Part shown: one piece after another, positions 54,393-64,000 of the stretch
How positions within the stretch are numbered: the first letter of the stretch is position 1
Layout: each line of letters opens with the position of its first letter
Origin: Octopus vulgaris
Taxonomy: Eukaryota
DNA: 64,000 nucleotides
Assembly: GCA_951406725.2 (NCBI GenBank)
Contig: OX597824.1
Span: 24,614,001 to 24,678,000 of the forward strand
Direction of reading: 5' to 3'
Notes under the pieces: generated by a model
The model's input: only the letters and a program-made list of their open reading frames with translations
Databases searched by the model: none
What the model was told of the DNA's origin: nothing
Made by a program: the position numbers and the translations under genes

Positions 54393-54811
54393 CCGATTAT
54401 ATACGTTTTTATTATTTTTTGCAATTTACTTAATCATCGGTATTTTATTGTTATTTTAATTTTAATATTTCTTTTAGATGTAATTTTCTAGACGGTGTAA
54501 TTTAATTGTTCATTTTGAATTGATAAAAGGTGGTTTTTTCTAATTTTTATATATATATTATATTGTGTGAAATTTGATTTAGTATTCCTAAATTGAATTT
54601 TTTCCCTGTAAGTTAGGATTAATATTCCCTCAAATAATTATTATATAGTGACGCATATTTGCCATTTGAATATGGCTAACCCATAAGGGTGGATGCTACT
54701 GTAGTTTGTAGCCCCAGGAAGATATCTCCTCCAGCTGGCTATAGACACACTATCTGTGTCTTCTCAGTATTTGTGAAGGGGAGTCATCCTCCCCGTCTTC
54801 AACTCATGATA

Positions 54812-54856
54812 CACACGTACCCGAGTTTCAAGGTGTTTACCTTTCATCAGCGTGTG
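54812..54856 (-). ncRNA. Type I hammerhead ribozyme, intact core
   Basis: Minus strand CACACG-CTGATGA-AAGGtaaacaCCTT-GAAA-CTcgGG-TA-CGTGTG; GUA triplet. Confidence 0.85.
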
Positions 54857-55100
54857 ACAATCATACTGTTTATAACTCGCTCTGAGATTTATCATTGTTT
54901 AATTATTATTATATATATATATATATATAGAATGGTTGTATACTGTCAATATAACAAGAACGTGACAGTAGGGGGTACACCACCGCTGTATAGCCCTAGG
55001 AAGCATCGAACGCCTCCTGATAGCTTTGACACATTTTTTCCCTGTGTCCTTATATACATATACGAAGGGGAGACAAACACCCTGGCTGCCGGAACTGCAT

Positions 55101-55147
55101 CTAGGGACACCGTGTTTCAGGATCGTTGTCCTTCATCGTTGTCCTAG
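55101..55147 (-). ncRNA. Hammerhead motif with disrupted 5' core
   Basis: CTAGG-acaacGATGA-AGGAcaacgaTCCT-GAAA-CAcggTG-TC-CCTAG. Confidence 0.6.
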
Positions 55148-55169
55148 AGTAGCAGACACCGGTCAGCCG

Positions 55170-55245
<76 letters not shown>

Positions 55246-55637
55246 TACATATGTATATAGATATAATCTTCATAGATGAGAATCAGACATTCTTCTAGAA
55301 TACACATAGTAGTGCTTAAGGGGTTTAAATTTCCGCGGGTAGAGGAGTAAATATAAGGATAAGCAAATTAGGTGGGTCGATATACAAAGAGTATTAAGTG
55401 CATTAAATACCAGAAAAGTATATATGTTTACATACGAAAGGTCTGACTTACACAGAATAGAAAGGATATCAATAATTAAAGGGTTTGAAGAAGAGTATTA
55501 CAAATCCAACGGCTGTTTCTGGGTCTCGGTGGTCAAAAGTAATGATTGTATATTGATTCTAACGTCGGGTGATACGAACCTCCGTTTTCAGGGAAGAAAT
55601 CCTACATTTGAGGTGCTGACAGAAAGGAATATTAAAG

Positions 55638-55909
55638 ATATATAAAAGAGAAGTTGTGTGTCTGTCTCCTACGATTTAGATTCCTAACTACTCCAACATT
55701 TTGCGGTGCAGTTTAACCAAAACCGGGTATCTTATAGTCGTGATTCATATCGAGCCCTTCTACGATGAGTCAACGATTTAAAAAAAATTTACCATAATTT
55801 TTTTCCATTTTTTATGCACTTTTTTGCTATTTTTTGGCTATAACTCTCTAAAAATGCTTATATAGTTATTTCCCTTACAAACCCGAGCAACGTCGGGCGA
55901 TACTGCTAG
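55638..55909 (+). mobile_element. Non-autonomous Helitron, internally deleted
   Basis: Same family; 3' hairpin plus CTAG; the 5' TCTTT is missing. Confidence 0.85.
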
Positions 55910-56146
55910 TTAAAGATTGAATGATTTTGTGAATTTAAGTGTATTAGAGGGGAAATTGGAGAGGTTTTCAGATAGAGAATAGTGAGAGGAGAAAATAAAA
56001 GTGTTAGGGATTAATAGGGAGGCTAGCAGGGAGTTATGGTTGTAGAGGTGGAAAGTAGAAGGAAGAAGGCAGGGTGGTTTATGTCGTAAGTAAATGATGA
56101 TCTTTGTGTTAGTTTGTATTCTGTGTAAGTTGGACCTTATACATAC

Positions 56147-56219
<73 letters not shown>

Positions 56220-56309
56220 GTATGCCGACAGCCAACACCTCTGGTGTCTATCTCACATGTTCCTACCTTTAGGCCTTCACTCTTTACATGCCAGCTCACT
56301 TTGAATCGT

Positions 56310-57220
56310 TCTCATTCGAAAGACGCCTGTTGTTATTTTTTGTTGTTTGTATTCGTAATGTTCTCCGTTATTGTTTGTTGGTTGGTTTTTTAGCCTTTGA
56401 TGTTGTACATATTCGCTAGCTTTCTTAAGAAGGTGTCTAATGCTCTTAGCTTAGACTTTGGGGTGGGGGCGACCAGATCGAACCATCTCAAGTGTAACTG
56501 CCTGAAATGGTCGTGACTTCTGGGATGACTGATGAAAGAAAGCCACGAATAACCCGTCTTTTTTTTTGCCTGTCCTTCTAATTGTTGTTTCTCTTGTCCG
56601 CCTTTGTATCGTCTATCTGTCCGTACGTTTTAATGCCCTGTATTGCGATTTTGTTCCATATATATATATATATACCTTTCCTTTTGTCCCCTTGATTTTT
56701 TTCTACTCCTTCTATCCCTCTGCCCCTACCCCTCTCTCCCCCTTCCACATGACCGGTATTGGGCCAGCCATGACCTTTCATTCTTGGTCTGGCTGTTGAC
56801 CAACACCGCTTATGTCCATCTCCTATGTTCCTGCCGTAAGTCATTCACTTTATACACATCAGCTCAATTTGATTCGTCCTTGGTCAAAAGACACCTGGTG
56901 TTATGTTCTTGTTTGCATTTGTAATTGTGTAAAATGTACTCCGTTTTCTGTCTTTGTTGTCGTACACATTCGCTAGCTTTCTTACAAAAGATCTAATGCT
57001 CTTAGCTTAGACTTTTGGTGGGGAGTGCAACCATATCGAGCAGTCTCAGTGTAACTACCTGAAATTGTAAGGACAACTGGTAACTTGACTGACGAAAGAA
57101 GGCCACGAATGACCGGTCTTTTTTTCCTGTCACCTCTGATTGTTGGTTCTCCTGTCCGTCATTGTATCATCTATCTGTCCGGTTGTTTTATTGTCCTCTA
57201 TTGCGTTTTTGTTCCATTTT
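56310..57220 (+). repeat. Two diverged direct copies of an unclassified ~340-bp repeat
   Basis: 56310-56665 vs 56885-57220 share ATTCGCTAGCTTTCTTA, CTAATGCTCTTAGCTTAGACTTT, GTGTAACT.CCTGAAAT and GACTGA(T/C)GAAAGAA.GCCACGAAT. Confidence 0.75.
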
Positions 57221-57272
57221 TTAAATATTTATATACATACATAACACATACATACATAGATATATATATGTG

Positions 57273-57315
<43 letters not shown>

Positions 57316-57321
57316 ACGTGC

Positions 57322-57355
<34 letters not shown>

Positions 57356-57356
57356 A

Positions 57357-57395
57357 CTAGCTGGTGTACCCGGTAATTCCCGGGGAGTGAAGATG
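57357..57395 (-). mobile_element. Helitron 3' terminus (second family)
   Basis: Minus strand CCCGGgaattaCCGGG hairpin, then TACACCAG-CTAG|T. Confidence 0.6.
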
Positions 57396-57399
57396 TTCT

Positions 57400-57650
57400 A
57401 TTATTATTCAGGTCTCTGCCTGAAATTGAACTCGGAATCTTGGGGTTAGTAGCGCGCGCTCTTAACCACTACGCCATATGCCCGTGGGCATATGGCGTAG
57501 TGGTGTGGAATGAAATTTCCCCAAGACACATGATAAAGCCTGGAGGGTATATCAGCCGAAACGTTGTTAACAACAAAGATAAGGACAAATATCCGTCAAA
57601 TGTAAATAATTTAAATAATGTACATAATTCCTCATCTCTTACATATAGAA
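57400..57650. mobile_element. tRNA-like head / perfect palindrome / Penelope-like hammerhead composite
   Basis: Minus-strand tRNA-like sequence at 57405-57483, 19-bp-arm palindrome at 57465-57504, degenerate hammerhead ACAC-ATGATAA-AGCCTG..CAGCC-GAAACGTTG at 57526-57566. Confidence 0.6.
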
Positions 57651-57928
57651 CTGAAAAGTGATATTGTCTGTAAAAATTAGAAATAGGACACACAGAAAAT
57701 ATTCAAAGTAATCGAACATAAACAACGAAATGGGTTATTTCCCTTGAGTGTTTAAAAAAATATTGTGCAGGTGCTATGGATTATTTCCCTTGAGTGTTTA
57801 ATAAAATTAGTTATATGAGGTAGATATAAAGGCCATAATATCGATTTCTTCAACAGTCTAAGTGTGTCAGGAGGTTTCCAGACATAAGTTCTACTCACGT
57901 GTCAACTTTCAAAATCAATAAAACGATG

Positions 57929-57968
<40 letters not shown>

Positions 57969-58296
57969 ATTCACACACACACACACATAAACACACACAC
58001 TTATATATATATGCATGTATATGTATATATGTAAGACTACTTGGCCTAGTTAGGGTGTTGTACTCACGATCGCAGTCTCGTAGGTTTGATTCCCGTTGTG
58101 CTCTGGAGCACTTCATCTCACTGATGTTGCACTGCGATAACTTTGACATCTGACATGTCACACTATGCTCTTGTATACGCAATGTCAATTTGATGGAGAG
58201 ACTGAGCTAGCGTGGATAACAAACATTTAATCACTATAAACAAATTATCTGCGCAACTTATTCCGCGAAACATTGCAGAAACTTTATCTGCTAGCA

Positions 58297-58911
58297 AAAG
58301 GCGGCGAGCTGGCAGAAGCGTTAGGATACCGGGCGAAATGCTTAGTGGTATTTCGTCTGCCGCTACGTTCTGAGTTCAAATTCCGCCGAGGTCGACTTTG
58401 CCTTTCATCCTTTCAGGGTCGATAAATTAAGTGCTAGTTACGCACTGGAGTCGATGTAATCGACTTAATCCCTTTGTCTGTTCTTGTTTGTCCCCTATGT
58501 ATTTAGCCCCTTGTGGGTAGTAAAAAAATAGAAATAGGTATTTCGTCTGCCGCTACGTTCTGAGTTCAAATTCCGCCGAGGTCGACTTTGCCTTTCATCC
58601 TTTCAGGGTCGATAAATTAAGTGCCAGTTACGCACTGGGGTCGATGTAATCGACTTAATCCCTTTGTCTGTCCTTGTTTGTCCCCTATGTATTTAGCCTC
58701 TTGTGGGTAGTAAAAAAAATAGAAATAGGTATTTCGTCTGCCGCTACGTTCTGAGTTCATATTTCGCCGAGGTCGACTTTGCCTTTCATCCTTTCAGGGT
58801 CGATAAATTAAGTGCCAGTTACACACTGGGGTCGATGTAATCGACTTAATCCGTTTGTCTGTCCTTCTTTGTCCCCTCTTTGTTTAGCCCATTGTGGGCA
58901 ATAAAGAAATA
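58297..58911 (+). mobile_element. SINE family B trimer inserted in an older tRNA-SINE (58030-58950)
   Basis: TSD AGAAACTTTATCTGC (58277-58291, 58912-58926). Confidence 0.9.
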
Positions 58912-59008
58912 AGAAACTTTATCTGCCATCTGACAGGTGGAACCATAAATCCATTTACATACATACATATATACATACACACATACACACATACATACAT
59001 ACAGTACA

Positions 59009-59042
<34 letters not shown>

Positions 59043-59489
59043 CATACATACATACATACGTACGTACGTACGTACGTACGTATTCACATGGATTCATGTG
59101 GATACATGTTGAGTATATCATGTATGGGCGTATGTGTAATTGTCTCACGCTTGACCTAGACCGACATAAGTATCTTGGTCTGTAATTCCATGTTTTGGCT
59201 TTCACAATGAAGAATGCGTATGAAAGACAGGAGATACCGTCCAACAAATCAAGCGAATTACTGTATTTGTTGTAGCATCTACTAAACACTTAATTTCTCT
59301 TTTTATATTTATTAAATATTTTTGTTTACTTTGTATCCGATAACAAAGTAGCCAAGATTCTCTTCGTTGTTGCAGAGGTAATTATTTATTGCGCAATATA
59401 TATTAGGATGAAGTTAGAAATCTAATTAAAGGCAAGATGTGTGTATAGATTTTTTCTTAAAGCTTGTCATCATTACCAATTACAAAATT

Positions 59490-59685
59490 GAGAGAGGCTA
59501 ATGGAACAAGTCTTCGAATGTACATTTACATAAATGCATGACTGAAAGCTGTGTTTTTACAGAATGGAAAACTTGTCATTGTGCCAAGAATTAATGTGAA
59601 GCCTGATACCATTTTGCCAGTCACTGATATGCAAATACAGCTTGCAGTTCGAGAAGTATTAGCCATAACAACCATTATCTTTAGG
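59490..59685 (+). pseudogene. Helitron/Pif1-like helicase fragment
   Basis: ANGTSLRMY...*LKAVFLQNGKLVIVPRINVKPDTILPVTDMQIQLAVREVLAITT resembles CNGTRL...VFIPRI...LPF...QFPVRLAFAMTIN. Confidence 0.6.
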
Positions 59686-59686
59686 C

Positions 59687-59740
<54 letters not shown>

Positions 59741-59744
59741 CAGA

Positions 59745-60033
59745 TATAGGGTGAAATATGATTAATTTAATAAAATCAACAAATTTCACCTAGTAGTATT
59801 TCGGTATGGAAAAGGACCATATTCGGTAGAAATTTATATAATTATAATAATAAGGGTTTTTTGCAACAAGTTGCTTAAACCACATACCGAAAATGTTAGA
59901 AATAGCAGCCAAAAGACTACTATTTCTTTTTACTACAAAAATAAGTCTCCACAGACAACAATATTTGTAACTCACATATGGCAAAAAAAGGAAATAGTAG
60001 TCTTTTGGCTGCTATTTCTAAAATTTTCGGTAT
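59745..60033. mobile_element. Penelope-like fragment with inverted terminal duplication
   Basis: 59884-59930 is mirrored by 59986-60033; related to 44700-44905. Confidence 0.6.
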
Positions 60034-60100
60034 TATATATATATACATAGATAGATAGTTAGATAGATAGATATACATAGATAGATAGTTAGATAGATAG

Positions 60101-60140
<40 letters not shown>

Positions 60141-60142
<2 letters not shown>

Positions 60143-60583
60143 CTTTCTTTTATTAGCCACACAGGGCTGAATACAGAGGGGACAAATACAAATGCAGAGC
60201 TTTTCTTTTCGAGGGTGGAAAAAAATAAAAATGTAAGATTGCGATCAAAAGGGATCGAGAGGAGGAAAAAAAAGGAAAAAAAGAAAATCGTGTATCACAG
60301 AAATAATGGTGTAAACATTGATATAACAAGATTGGGTTCATCCGTGGGAAGAAAAGCCTACAGAAAAGACCACGGGAACCCCAGTCAGGGAGGAAATAAA
60401 CACATGAGGTCAAAAATGCTCTCTTTCTTTCTTTTTTACGATCTACAGGATCATGCTCAAAATGGTTTCGTTACTAGCACGCACCATCTTTGCAACATTC
60501 ACCCATCTTTTATTGAATCTTTCGCGAGACAAAACTTCCCTCTCCATTCTCACCTTCCTTTTCAAGTGGTACTTGAAAAAGTT

Positions 60584-60586
<3 letters not shown>
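60141..60586 (-). mobile_element. Tx1/L1-like LINE 3' end inside a (GATA)n tract
   Basis: INFFKYHLKRKVRMEREVLSRERFNKRWVNVAKMV...* plus a 3' UTR ending TTTGTCCCCTCTGTATTCAGCCCTGTGTGGCTAATAAAAGAAAG; (GATA)n on both sides. Confidence 0.7.
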
Positions 60587-60636
<50 letters not shown>

Positions 60637-61355
60637 ATAGATATAGATATAGATAGATAGATTGCATCAATCCAGCTGATGAAGAAAAATTTACTGGAAA
60701 TAAAGAAACGGCTCCGAATATTACTACAACACGTTATTAATTTTGAAAATTGGAGGAAATTATAATCTGGACCTGGTTTCAAACCAGAGCGTTTATATTC
60801 GTTTGAGCAGTTCAAGTTGTTTTCATTTTCTATTAAATGGGTTATTTCTTGGCTCTGTTCAAAGAACCTCATTTTCATAAATTTACATGAAACATCGAGT
60901 GAGGTAAGACTATTCCTCTCTAATAATCTATTTACTCGCGAACAAGTGTATATTGCCAGCACGTAAAACAACAGCATCGGGTATTGCAAGCATCCTTTAT
61001 CGTAATTCACTTATCTTTCACTTGTTTCAGTCCCCATACTGGAGCCACCTGGGTGGAAGGATTTACGAGAACAAATAGAGACCAGTATTTATTTCAAGAA
61101 AAAAAAATAGATATCTAGTACTTATTCAATTGGACTCTTAGCTGAACCACTAAGTTACGTGGTCGTATACAAACCGACAGCAGTGGGTGTATAAACAGAT
61201 ACACAAAGATACAGATGATACACAAAGATACACACACACACACATACACACACACACACGCGCGCGCGCGCAGATATGTGTGTGCGTGTGTTTATGCATG
61301 CAAGTGTTTATGCATGCATGTATGTATGTATGCATGCATGTATGTATATATGTAT

Positions 61356-61391
<36 letters not shown>

Positions 61392-61439
61392 ATAAGAAAA
61401 TGAAGAAATACATCTAAATCAAATATCAATTACCAGATA

Positions 61440-63660
61440 ATACTCAATCACATACTTTATTAAACCACCACATAAGAGACTGTAGGGTTAAACATAAAAA
61501 AGCAGAACAAATCAGTGTACATAAAGGAGTGTACATAAAAAAGTGTACATAAAAGAGTAATGTTGTATAATAAGTAGAATATGTATAAAAAAGGGAATAT
61601 AAATATAAGTAAATATAAATATAAGTATAGATTACATCTTACAGCTGTTTCGGCCATGTAGATAAGTATGTCTCATTTTACCAATATTAGCCTTTTATGG
61701 TAGGTCAATATATAGATAGAAATGAGACATTTACAAAAATATCATAAGGCCTCCTCGGAGATATACATATACATATGAGTGCATATACTCACACTCCTAT
61801 ACACATAAAAATATACATATACATAATAATGTAAATAAATAATATGAATTAGTAAACATATATATGTTCCATATTCAACGTTTCACCCTACACAGATAAA
61901 AGACTCTGTGGGGTTCCGAATATCATGCATATATCAGAATAACTATATATTTTTGTATATTTTTCAGTCGGGACAGAAACAATCAATATAGAACACACAC
62001 ATGGAGACACAAAGTTATAAATTATAAATTGTAAGGACCAATAGAACAGTCCTATATAGAGGAATGCTAAAATATTACTGGTAGAAGAATTAGATGTTAT
62101 TTAAGTCTAGAGAAAGTGTACGCCAATTTGTGAAGGCAAAACAAATTTCGCTCATTAATGCTGTTAATAATGGGTTGGCCGGCTTTGATGATGAAGAAAA
62201 TTTCAGTGATACATAAAGAGCATTTTTATTTCTACTATTGTATACAGGTGCAGATGTTAGTATTTCCCAATCTAATTTAAAATCTATGTTTTTACTCCTG
62301 AGTTCCCAGATATACGTACTTAACCCCGTAGAGTTCATCCTATTTTTATTTTTAAAAGTATATCTATGATAGTTTAGCCGTTGTTTTATACTATTTTTAG
62401 TCGCACCAATGTACACCCTGCTATTGTATTGTGTATTTACAGTGCATTGGTAAACCACCTCTCTCCTCAGGCATTTATAACCAAACACACATTGATTTTT
62501 GCTTCTGCAATTGCAGCATTATCAGATTGAGGAGATTTAACCCTGGCAGAAATCCCCGTAGCCCTATTCCTGTTGATATTATTGCACTTATTTTCACTAC
62601 TACCCATGTTTGTCTTTCTATCATTATAGAAGCAATCTAATTTCTTGTTGTTGAAGGAGGAGATGATGGTGGCTAGATTATTCGCTAGATTATTAGAACT
62701 ATTAGAACTATTCTAATAGTTCTATTGTTAATTATTTGGCTATATTTATTCTTACCCTTAGTAAATAGTCTATATATTACTTTATGTATTGTTCTGACTA
62801 TATCCGTTTTAATCTGCATTGCATATGGTATTATTAGCCATAGTGTATCGTCATCACTATGTGGATTACTCCTCAAATTGCTATTTTTGGGAAAAACCCT
62901 ATTATTCTTCCAACCCATATGTTTTCTACCCTTAGTATTGTCAATATAATACCTAGAATTCCCCTTTGGATTGGTTTTATTACTGACTTTATTGTTATTC
63001 TTCTTCTTCTTATTATTATTATTGTTTAGATGAACTCCACTATTGCCATATATATTATCAATGTTACTATGCCTACTGTTGATATCCCTATTATCATTAT
63101 TGTGCGCTAAGTTATTTAGACCAATGTTGACAAGTCTAAGATTATTAAAACTAGTATTATTGTCATATGTATTTTTATATAGTATATTTTTCTTTGTCCT
63201 ACAATTATTATTGTCCCTTCGGAATTTATTCGTGTTATTCGTGTTGTTCCTAATAGTTCCACCTGTGTTCGAAGGATTATTATTGGGTATATACCAAATT
63301 TTATTTTTGTAGCCTGCCTTCAGCAATGCCGTGTTGTATTTTTCACAATGCCTATTGAATACGTCCTCGTTTGAGGATAGATAAGAGATTCTCTGACTAA
63401 TGCTTCGTACCAGTGACTTTTTAATTTGAAGTGGGGTGATTGCTAGAGTGGTTTATATATACTAAGTTAGAATTAGGTTTCATATACGGTTCATGCATTC
63501 CATTAGTAAGGTTGCAATTGACATCTAAATAATTGGCAGAGTAATTTTCATTTTCAATAACTATGGATAAGCCAAAACTTCTAAAGAATTTATGTAGTCG
63601 TTTTTTTCAGTAATTCTAGCCTCCTATTAGATATTGGATATATGTTATTCCATGGAGGGT
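61440..63660 (-). mobile_element. 5'-truncated Penelope-like element: RT thumb, Asn-rich linker, CCCC motif, GIY-YIG endonuclease, pseudo-LTR with hammerhead
   Basis: YLDV...YMKPNSNLVYINHSSNHP...SSNEDVF...LLKAGY; CNCRSKNQCVFGYKCLRREVVY...VYIGAT...R...H (ORF 62090-62488); hammerhead at 61636-61762. Confidence 0.9.
61636..61762 (-). ncRNA. Hammerhead motif in Penelope 3' region (U4C, long stem II insertion)
   Basis: ATCT-CCGAGGA-GGCC..~90 nt incl. ATGTCTCATTT/AAATGAGACAT hairpin..GGCC-GAAA-CAGCTG-TA-AGAT. Confidence 0.7.
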
Positions 63661-63685
63661 TGCATTTACAACCCCTATCTCAATT

Positions 63686-63773
<88 letters not shown>

Positions 63774-63809
63774 AATATATATATATATATATACATATGC
63801 ATACATATG

Positions 63810-64000
63810 TTAGTTAGTTAGTTTGTTAGTTAATTTGGCTCAAAAGCAAATAGCAAGGCCATGTAGGGGGACATGGAGTTAAGTACAGGGTGGTGTTCAT
63901 GTAAAGAGTTCAGGCCACTTGAGGTCCAGGAAGGCTTTGAACAAAGCGGTCGTCGGCATCTTCACCATCTCGTCTGGCAGCTTGTTCCACGGATCCGCAA
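63810..64000 (-). mobile_element. CR1-clade LINE 3' end (continues beyond the window)
   Basis: ADPWNKLPDEMVKMPTTALFKAFLDLKWPELFT* and a (TAAC)n tail. Confidence 0.85.

Noticed and set aside
54700-54770. HDV-like ribozyme on + strand
   Set aside because: P1- and P4-like helices are visible, but I could not assign P2, P1.1 or the catalytic J4/2 cytosine.
55260-56140. Purine-skewed region as a coding remnant
   Set aside because: Translations gave no motif I could assign; left unclassified.
60665-60960. CTGATGAAG as a hammerhead core, and ORF 60510-61010 as a gene
   Set aside because: No matching GAAA or stem set found, and no recognisable protein motif.

Overview
AT-rich, microsatellite-saturated animal genomic DNA; the SINE and LINE repertoire suggests an octopus or other coleoid cephalopod (inference from recalled repeat families, not checked by search). 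I found no host protein-coding gene. Almost all listed ORFs are translations of (AT)n, (AC)n, (ATAC)n, (GATA)n or (AAT)n tracts, or of SINEs. The window holds at least four tRNA-derived SINE families (labelled A-D here), a possible 5S-rRNA-derived SINE, and decayed R4/Dong, RTE, CR1, Tx1-like, Penelope and Gypsy retroelements. It also has non-autonomous Helitrons, a Helitron helicase remnant, several MITEs, a fold-back mariner, a 5'-truncated tRNA-Phe and a 21 x ~102 bp satellite grown out of a SINE. The strongest hidden signal is a dense set of about a dozen type I hammerhead ribozyme motifs, read by eye on both strands and belonging to several unrelated Penelope-like short elements. Two have intact cores (22592-22657 + and 54812-54856 -), and one family carries a recurrent A6U core variant. 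All family assignments come from visual motif recognition, and boundaries of decayed elements are approximate.
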